From positions 192,001 through 256,000 of the forward strand of contig CBDHHL010000056.1 in assembly GCA_965263355.1 (NCBI GenBank): 64,000 bases of DNA, in the 5' to 3' direction. Position 1 is the first letter of the stretch. Each line of letters begins with the position of its first letter. The DNA is from Leptolyngbyaceae cyanobacterium (GTDB lineage Bacteria > Cyanobacteriota > Cyanobacteriia > Phormidesmidales > Phormidesmidaceae). This document shows, piece after piece, positions 57,278 to 64,000 of the stretch. The position numbers were made by a program, and so were the translations under genes. The notes under the pieces are model-generated. The model saw nothing but the letters and a program-made list of their open reading frames with translations. It was not told where the DNA came from and made no database searches.

Positions 57278-59551
57278 ATGCCTTTTCAGCTGTCTCGGCC
57301 TGATAGCTTGGCCTTGTCCGATAGTGGGTCGATTACAGACTTGTTGACTCCACCGATTCATACTATTGCTAATCATCTAGCAACGTTAAAGCAGTTTAAT
57401 CTTGAGCCCATCTTAGAGACAGTTCTTCAAGCGAGTGATTTCCCAAGAAATCACTCTGTAGATGGCGTTCGCTCAGATTTTAAGCCATCATTAAACCCAT
57501 TGAATTCAGTGGATTGGGCCGAGCCAGATAATGATTTTCTAAATAATTTGCCTTTAGACGGACAGCTAGTTGGCAAATACAGTTTTGAAAATTTGAGAGA
57601 GTCTTCTCGACTTTCAAGCCGGGGTTTATTTGACGATTTATTTAAACGAACGGTTTCAACCTTTGACTTAACTGCTGACTTAACTGATCAAGACAGTTTT
57701 TATAGATTGCCTTATCCCTTCGATTTACGTTTAGACGAAGCAGGCTTTCCAGAGTTGACAGGCTTTCCTATTTGGGATTTGAACCCAGTTATTAATGACT
57801 TAAAGGAGATTGCAGATGATCGAGCTGGTTTCTCTACAGTTTCTGCAGGGTATTTCCAATTCAATCGTCCCCTTGCGGTTCTAGAACCCGATGAGATTAT
57901 CCCAGCTGATTTACAATCCTCTGTATTATTGATGGATGTTGATCCAAATTCTCCCGAGCGTGGCAAACTCTATCCAACCATTGCGTCTACGCCGTTGTCG
58001 GATTTAAATTATGTACCTGATTTTCTACTGGCAGTGGGACCTGCCCCCGGCATTGTTTTGCACCCAAATCGGCAATACGCCTATGTTGTTCAGACGTCTC
58101 TTCAAGATATATTTGGACGTGATATAGGTACAGCTAAAACCCTGCAGCGGTTATTGGCTGATAGTCTGCCTCAAAACCCTGTAGAAGCTAATGCCTATGA
58201 GATATATCAACCTTTGAGGGAGACCTTGCAACTGCTTGGTTTGTCTAGTCGTGATGTGGCAACAGCGACTGTGTTTACGACGGGTGATCCGGTGGGTGAA
58301 ACCGCACGTCTTTCGCAACAGGTGGTTGATAGCTATGATCTGACGATTGAAAATCTGCATTTAGATGCCGATGATGGAGCCACCCATGAACGGTTTTGGG
58401 AGTTTCACGCCACGATTGAGTTTCCTCAGTTTCAGCAAGGGGCACCCCCTTTCTTTTCTGAGGGATTGTTTGAGTTTACGCCAGATGGTCAGCTGATAGA
58501 GCAGCGTCAGGAAAGTGTTCCAGTGGTGATTACCATTCCCAAAGATCAGGGTATTCCTGAAAATGGTTTTCCGCTAATGATTTATGAGCATGGCTCTAAT
58601 GGGTTGAGTACACAGGTTGTTGACCGGGGACCAATTTTAGAACCTGATGGAGAGAACGTAAAAGGGTTAGGTCCAGCCCATGTTGTTGCTGAATATGGGA
58701 TTGCGACGGTGAGTAGTGCCCTGCCCCTCAACCCGGAACGTTCCCCCCTCGATATTCCCGATGCTTATCTCAATTTTGCTAACCTGGCAGCGTATCGAGA
58801 TACTCTTCGACAGGGGGTGTTCGAGCAACGGCTCTTGTTAGAAGCTCTGGAAGATTTTGAGATTCCATCCAGTCTAATCCCTGGGATTGATAGCAATGTT
58901 AGTCTTGAAACATCTTCAGTAGCGGTTTTGGGACAATCCTTAGGGGCTCAGTTTGCCAACATGTTGGGAGCGATAGACCCGAATGTTGATGTTGTTATTC
59001 CTACGGGGTCACCGGGACTTTGGCCCTTACTGATTTCAGAGACAGATCAATCAGAGGCAGTGGGCTTATTCTTGGGCACAGTACAATCTCTTGACCTATT
59101 ACATCCAGGATTGCAGTTATTAGAATCTGCCTGGGAAGTTGTTGATCCGATTGTTTATGCCCCTTATCTGGCGCAGCGTCCCCTAGCGGGACATCCGGTC
59201 CGGTCTGTCTATATGCCTGTGGGAGAAGCCGATACAGAAGTGCCTGAAGCAGTCTTTAATGCCATGGCATTAGCCACTGGACTTAACCAGGCAGGGCCTA
59301 TTTTTTGGTCTGAAATGCAGGACTCTCTCTCTCTTGATGGGTTAGGGGGGGTTGCGTCTTATCCAGTGGCGAATAATTTAGTTTCTGACGATGGTAGATC
59401 GTACACAGGGGCTGTTGTGCAGTATCAAGGTGATAGCATTGCCGATTCCCATACGATTTTCTCTCAGCTGGACGAGGTGAAATTCCAATATGCTAATTTC
59501 TTGAATACCTTCTTTGAAGACGGTGTAGCTCAGATTCTGGAGCCAGAATAG
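57278..59551 (+). CDS. Large alpha/beta-hydrolase (lipase-like) with N-terminal Ig-like region
   Basis: FPLMIYEHGS, nucleophile elbow GQSLG, VATATVFTTGDP, candidate Asp/His in GEADTEV and DSHTIF. Confidence 0.68.
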   Translation: MPFQLSRPDSLALSDSGSITDLLTPPIHTIANHLATLKQFNLEPILETVLQASDFPRNHSVDGVRSDFKPSLNPLNSVDWAEPDNDFLNNLPLDGQLVGKYSFENLRESSRLSSRGLFDDLFKRTVSTFDLTADLTDQDSFYRLPYPFDLRLDEAGFPELTGFPIWDLNPVINDLKEIADDRAGFSTVSAGYFQFNRPLAVLEPDEIIPADLQSSVLLMDVDPNSPERGKLYPTIASTPLSDLNYVPDFLLAVGPAPGIVLHPNRQYAYVVQTSLQDIFGRDIGTAKTLQRLLADSLPQNPVEANAYEIYQPLRETLQLLGLSSRDVATATVFTTGDPVGETARLSQQVVDSYDLTIENLHLDADDGATHERFWEFHATIEFPQFQQGAPPFFSEGLFEFTPDGQLIEQRQESVPVVITIPKDQGIPENGFPLMIYEHGSNGLSTQVVDRGPILEPDGENVKGLGPAHVVAEYGIATVSSALPLNPERSPLDIPDAYLNFANLAAYRDTLRQGVFEQRLLLEALEDFEIPSSLIPGIDSNVSLETSSVAVLGQSLGAQFANMLGAIDPNVDVVIPTGSPGLWPLLISETDQSEAVGLFLGTVQSLDLLHPGLQLLESAWEVVDPIVYAPYLAQRPLAGHPVRSVYMPVGEADTEVPEAVFNAMALATGLNQAGPIFWSEMQDSLSLDGLGGVASYPVANNLVSDDGRSYTGAVVQYQGDSIADSHTIFSQLDEVKFQYANFLNTFFEDGVAQILEPE

Positions 59552-59695
59552 TTTTTCGATAATACCAAGTTACCTCTTTTACCTTAAAGTTTAAACTTGA
59601 CGTTGGAATGAGTTATATGCCTTAGGCAACTCATAGAAACCATTGAAATGTTGCTTGAAAAATTCCTCTGTAACCCAAGATCTAGCACAATCAAA

Positions 59696-59732
59696 AAGAG
59701 TCTCCTTTAGAGCAGCTCCAAGGGAGACTCTT
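59696..59732 (-). terminator. Terminator hairpin after the repeat-protein gene
   Basis: AAGAGTCTCC...GGAGACTCTT with an A-run on the left (U-tract on the minus strand). Confidence 0.65.
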
Positions 59733-59752
59733 CTTAAGAGATGATTACTTCA

Positions 59753-60787
59753 CTAAATCATATCAATCAACTGATTGATTTTGAAGGAAGCACCCGAGAA
59801 TTGGAATCTTTCTACATCTACAAAGGACATAGTAACGCCATCGACCGTAACATCAATGGCATTGCTAGCACTACTGCCTAACTCAACATCACCATTTAAT
59901 TCAAAGTCAAAAACAGCCATATCTTTTTTACCAGATCCACCATTAATAATCTGGTCACCAAAGGCAAAGATAGTGTCGTTGCCAGCACCTAAATAAAGAG
60001 TGCCACCACCAGTTAGACCGCTTTGAGCCCGAACAACATCATTACCAGAGCCCATGTCAATGGTACCGCGATTGTCAAGCCCAAAACCATCACCACTAAC
60101 TTCACCAGTTAGATCATCTTTGCCGCCGCCCATGTCAATGGTGCCGGTATTGAGCAGACCAGTTCCGTTACCCTTAACTTCGCCAAAGATCCAGTCTCTA
60201 CCAGAAGCTGTCTTCAGCGAACCGCTATTATTGATACCAATATTGTTAATGCCACCACTTTTGACAATGGCTTCCCCTAAAATCCAGTCATCACCGCTTC
60301 CAGTGGATACCTCATTGCGGTTCCGGATACCAACATTTCTATTACCGCTACCATTCTTGATCTCAACTTCTCCGAACACAATATCGTGCTGAGCACCAGT
60401 CTCAATTAAGCCATTGTTGTCCAGAGCAATGTTCCTATTCCCTCCACCCTGGAGGGCAATATTTCCTCTAACCTGATCACTACCACGATCTGTTTTGAGC
60501 GTGCCAGTATTGTTAATACCGATGTTCCTATTGCTACCACTGCCCCTGACAGTAGCCAGAACTAAATCGCCACCTTTTCCTGTATCAACACTGCCTCGAT
60601 TATTTACTGCTGTACCATTGCTAACCTCACCTTCGATAATGTCATCACCTTTGCGGGTTTCAGCCACGACATCAGGAGCAATAGTAATACCATCCTTTAA
60701 GTCAATGGCAAAGTCATGAATGTTACTCCACTGAGTCAGGATATCGCCACCTTTCTCAGCACCTGTGTTTGTAATATTAGTCGACAT
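59753..60787 (-). CDS. Gly/Asn-rich RTX-like repeat protein; paralogue of the nuclease C-terminal region
   Basis: Repeats GINNTGTLKTDRGSD / GIRNRNEVSTGSGDD, LGAGND, INGGSGKKD; ends SFVDVERFQF. Confidence 0.8.
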   Translation of the reverse strand: MSTNITNTGAEKGGDILTQWSNIHDFAIDLKDGITIAPDVVAETRKGDDIIEGEVSNGTAVNNRGSVDTGKGGDLVLATVRGSGSNRNIGINNTGTLKTDRGSDQVRGNIALQGGGNRNIALDNNGLIETGAQHDIVFGEVEIKNGSGNRNVGIRNRNEVSTGSGDDWILGEAIVKSGGINNIGINNSGSLKTASGRDWIFGEVKGNGTGLLNTGTIDMGGGKDDLTGEVSGDGFGLDNRGTIDMGSGNDVVRAQSGLTGGGTLYLGAGNDTIFAFGDQIINGGSGKKDMAVFDFELNGDVELGSSASNAIDVTVDGVTMSFVDVERFQFSGASFKINQLIDMI

Positions 60788-61231
60788 GGTTATAAGTTAA
60801 AACATCTGTTATAGTTCTTCACTGAAATTGGAAATTGACATTCTCAGCGAATATCAATTTAGTAGAATCAGTGCTGGCAACCAAACCTTTCAGCAGAAAC
60901 ATTAACTACAGAGAACTATTGCTGAGAAGTCTCATGAGCCGAATTGCAAGTGTGCTAACCGTAAGCCACTGCAATCAGCAAGTTCATTTGACACTCCTAA
61001 TACCTGCCTATCTGAGCTGTTCCATCGTTTTGACAATTTCTACCAGGCTTATGTCCCCCTGATTACCTTAGATTTAATTTAACAGAGCAATTTAATGCCA
61101 TTTCCAAAATCCTTGATCGCTTTACGATGCTTTTATTCTTTTTAAGAAGCTCTTGACGCAAAATTATTAATGCTACATTTTTGTGATATAAATTCACTGT
61201 AAGCGTATTGCCAGTTTTGAAGATGGGTACG

Positions 61232-61428
61232 GAGATTGTCTATGTGGATGAAATGGGTATGGACATCGAGATGAGTATGCCCATGGTTACAGCCCCAAGA
61301 GAGAGCGGTTCCATGCGTTCAAGTCTAGTCTTCGGAATGATCGAGTGAATACAATTACTGCATTGTGCAATCGTCAATTATTAGCCTCATTCACAGTCAA
61401 AGGTATTTGTAATCAAACCATCTTCGAA
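61232..61428 (+). pseudogene. IS630-family transposase internal fragment (frameshifted)
   Basis: EIVYVDEMGMD / RDEYAHGYSPKRERFHAFKS...RVNTITAL..RQLLASFTVKGICNQTIFE, the first-Asp region of the DDE domain. Confidence 0.78.
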
Positions 61429-61540
61429 CCAGGCTTTACTTCTTCTATTGAAAGGAAGCTCAGTGTCTAAAGCATAATTGGGATAACCTACTTGAGGTAA
61501 TTCAAGTACTTCAGTCCAGCACAGGTTTGGTGAGATTAAC

Positions 61541-61574
61541 AAAAATCCCTCCTAGTGAAAAAACTAGGAGGGAT
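61541..61574 (-). terminator. Intrinsic terminator of the nuclease gene
   Basis: 12-bp stem ATCCCTCCTAGT/ACTAGGAGGGAT with a U-tract on the minus strand. Confidence 0.8.
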
Positions 61575-61605
61575 GCTCGGGGTATTTACTCAATGAGTAT
61601 TAACC

Positions 61606-64000
61606 CTATACTTGACTAATCAACTGATTGATTTTAAAGGAAGTACCAGCGAAGTCAAATCTTTCTACATCTACGAAAGACATAGTGACATTATCGACCG
61701 TAATATCAATGGCGTTAGCAGCACTGCTGCCCAATGTGATGGTACCGTCGAAAGCAAATGCAAAGATTGCAGTATCTTTGTTGCCGCTGCCTCCATTAAC
61801 AATTTGGTCACCAAAGCCAATGATGCTGTCATTGCCAGCACCCAAATCAATAATGCCGCTACCAGTAAAGCCGCTAAGTGGATCGCTACCTTCACCGATC
61901 ACTAGATCTTTTCCAGAACCGAGTTCAATGGTACCGCTATTATCGATACCAACACCAACGCCTTTAACAAGACCTGTCAGTGTGTCCTTCCCATTACCCA
62001 TGGTGATAGAGCTAGTATTCCGGAGACCAGTACCATTCCCTTCAACTTCTCCTTCAACAAAGTCGCTACCATTATCTGTGGTAATAGTACCACTGTTATC
62101 AAGGCCAATATTATCGCTACCCAAACCGTTAACAGTGACCTTGCCCCAAACATTATCTTTGCCAGAGTTTGTGGTGACAGTACCACTATTGCGTAGGCCT
62201 ACATTATTAGTACCATCCCCTTGTTTAATAGTGACTTCTCCAAACACGTTATCGTCAGAAGAGCCAGCCAATAAGATACCACTGTTGTCAAAACCAGTAT
62301 TGTTATCACCACTGCCATCAAGGTTGACCGTTCCCTTGATGAAGTCTTTTCCATCAACTGTCTCAAGGGAACCGTTATTATCAAAGCCAGTATTATCATT
62401 ACCACTGCCATTGACGGTCCCTACTAGGTTGTCAGCACCTCGAGCAGTGTTAACAGTACCTTCGTTAAGGAATGCGGTACCAATGCTTACTTGAGCATTG
62501 ATCACGTCGTCACCCCTGAGAGTATTTGCTACTATGCCAGAAGCGACTGTAACCCCATCTTCTAAATCGATGGCAAAGTCGGCTTTGTTAGTCCATTGAC
62601 CTAACTCAATGCCGCCTTTCTCCCAACCAGATACTGTCACCAGAGTTCTACCATCTGTAGGAGGTGTGCCGCCAGCTAAATCTAATCCAATAATCAACGG
62701 ATCGTGGTCAGAGTTACGGAAGGGAGTGGTGCCGTCAAACAGGCTAGGATTGCGACCAAAGTCGAGGTTGTAATCCAATGCGTCGGGCTCATCAGCATTG
62801 ACGTGCCACTCAGTAGCTCCAGTTACCTGGGAAATCAGAGTAGTACTGGCTAGACCGTGATCTAGAGTGCCAAACTGACCGTCAAATACAAAGGAGTAAG
62901 CTGACTCAGGATTCTCCACCACGTTGGTGTAGCCTTCACCTTCCAGGAAGGTAATGGGGTCTTCCTTGACGTAGGCGTTGAGGTCACCAATGATCAGAAT
63001 ATCCTCGTCAGTGGTACCTGTGGGATTGCTATCAAGCCAGGCATCAAGTGCTTCAGCACCGCGTAAGCGAGTGCCGTTGAAGTTGCCTTGACCATCACCA
63101 GCATCGGCATCGTCACCGCTACCTGTTCCCCCCTTGGACTTAAAGTGGTTTATGGCTACTGTGAGTTCTTCACCAGTTGCGATTTCTTCAAAGGTAACGG
63201 CCAATGGTGCCCTGTTGGTATTAACACCGTCAAAAATAGTCCCACTCAGACCTAAAGCAGGTAAATCTGAATCTGTTAATACTTCAACTGTTGTATTGTC
63301 TGCGATTTTAATAGTTGATGTTTTGTAAATTGCACCAACAGAAATAGCATCACCGGTATCAACAAAGGGGACACCTGGATCAGCATAGGCATAGGTGCCT
63401 GCACCTACCTCGTTATTAAGGGCAGTTACTAGAGTGTCAATAGCAAATTGACCATCACCATTTTGGTCGCTACCAAACTCATTTTCCAGCTCGATAAGAC
63501 CGAAAATGTCAGCATCGATAATCTCGAGGGTGGTAACCAGTTTCTCTAGCTGACGGTCAAACTCAGTTTGACTATCCGCACCCCGAGGAGAGAGACTGTT
63601 GGGTCCACTACCGGGGTTACCGTCTTCATCCAGGGTGGTGAAGAAGTTGAGCACGTTGAAACTAACTACGGTTAGATCACCGCCCACATCCTCTGGGGTA
63701 TTGGGACGGGGATTAGTGGCCTGGAAATTAACGGGAGCCGTGGGCTGAATGCGATAGTCCCCAAAGCCAAAGCCCAAGACACCGGAAAGATTGTTAACGG
63801 TATCGCCACCGCGCAGGGTGTTGGTAGAGCTAAGGGGATTGCCGCCACGACCGTGGATAATGGGGTCAGGATTTTGAACAGTCTGCCCATCGTCAAGTAC
63901 GATGCGACGCTTAGCAATTTCTTCTTGGTAAGCGGCGAACCCGGCTACATCAGGGTCATTGAATTGGGTGAACTGGTCTAAACGACCATCGGTACCGGGG
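61606..64000 (-). CDS. ExeM/NucH family extracellular endonuclease with RTX-like C-terminus; 5' end lies beyond the window
   Basis: RRIVLDDG, TLRGGD, SFNVLNFF, LIELEN, NHFKSKG, IGDLNAY, GTLDH, WHVNADEP, SDHDP; frame stays open to the right edge. Confidence 0.92.
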   Translation of the reverse strand, partial: PGTDGRLDQFTQFNDPDVAGFAAYQEEIAKRRIVLDDGQTVQNPDPIIHGRGGNPLSSTNTLRGGDTVNNLSGVLGFGFGDYRIQPTAPVNFQATNPRPNTPEDVGGDLTVVSFNVLNFFTTLDEDGNPGSGPNSLSPRGADSQTEFDRQLEKLVTTLEIIDADIFGLIELENEFGSDQNGDGQFAIDTLVTALNNEVGAGTYAYADPGVPFVDTGDAISVGAIYKTSTIKIADNTTVEVLTDSDLPALGLSGTIFDGVNTNRAPLAVTFEEIATGEELTVAINHFKSKGGTGSGDDADAGDGQGNFNGTRLRGAEALDAWLDSNPTGTTDEDILIIGDLNAYVKEDPITFLEGEGYTNVVENPESAYSFVFDGQFGTLDHGLASTTLISQVTGATEWHVNADEPDALDYNLDFGRNPSLFDGTTPFRNSDHDPLIIGLDLAGGTPPTDGRTLVTVSGWEKGGIELGQWTNKADFAIDLEDGVTVASGIVANTLRGDDVINAQVSIGTAFLNEGTVNTARGADNLVGTVNGSGNDNTGFDNNGSLETVDGKDFIKGTVNLDGSGDNNTGFDNSGILLAGSSDDNVFGEVTIKQGDGTNNVGLRNSGTVTTNSGKDNVWGKVTVNGLGSDNIGLDNSGTITTDNGSDFVEGEVEGNGTGLRNTSSITMGNGKDTLTGLVKGVGVGIDNSGTIELGSGKDLVIGEGSDPLSGFTGSGIIDLGAGNDSIIGFGDQIVNGGSGNKDTAIFAFAFDGTITLGSSAANAIDITVDNVTMSFVDVERFDFAGTSFKINQLISQV

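Noticed and set aside
61628..62494. 288-aa + strand Pro/Leu/Ser-rich ORF
   Set aside because: Antisense shadow of the Gly/Asn-rich nuclease tail.
1..64000. tRNA, rRNA, prophage or cas genes
   Set aside because: None recognised by eye; tRNAscan-SE and Infernal were not run, so small RNAs may be missed.

Overview
Chromosomal window from a cyanobacterium, probably a filamentous Leptolyngbya/Leptothoe-like strain. This rests on frequent HIP1 GCGATCGC sites, NtcA boxes, ycf46/ycf35 and CHAT/CHASE2/DUF928 genes. In order it holds: a PatA-CheY-CheW-MCP-CheA taxis operon (cut by the left edge); two CBS genes around a recombinase-domain-only gene; M20 amidohydrolase; mscS; a yeast/proteobacterial-type leuA with an unannotated Leu-rich upstream peptide; orphan vapC; MFS; rph; a hybrid kinase; a PEP-CTERM protein; an NtcA-box-controlled nitrogen-scavenging cluster (GGCT-like, Zn amidohydrolase, Pot-like ABC); a REP/RAYT remnant island; the RHH-ycf46-ycf35 operon; two detached Nit1C-cluster genes; a single-gene TIR-SLOG fusion next to an IS1634 deletion scar; yidD, cupin, tadA and plsC; a 14.5 kb HetZ-like/pseudokinase/NarL/CHASE2/DUF928/TPR/CHAT/two-partner-secretion block; a large lipase-like hydrolase; and an ExeM/NucH nuclease (cut by the right edge) with a stand-alone paralogue of its C-terminal repeat domain. 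Best leads: the TIR-SLOG fusion (possible Thoeris-like defence), the leuA leader peptide, and a ~75-nt stem-closed element found 3-4 times, always just upstream of a start codon in the same orientation. No rRNA, tRNA or CRISPR array was seen. All family calls come from motif recognition by eye, not database searches.
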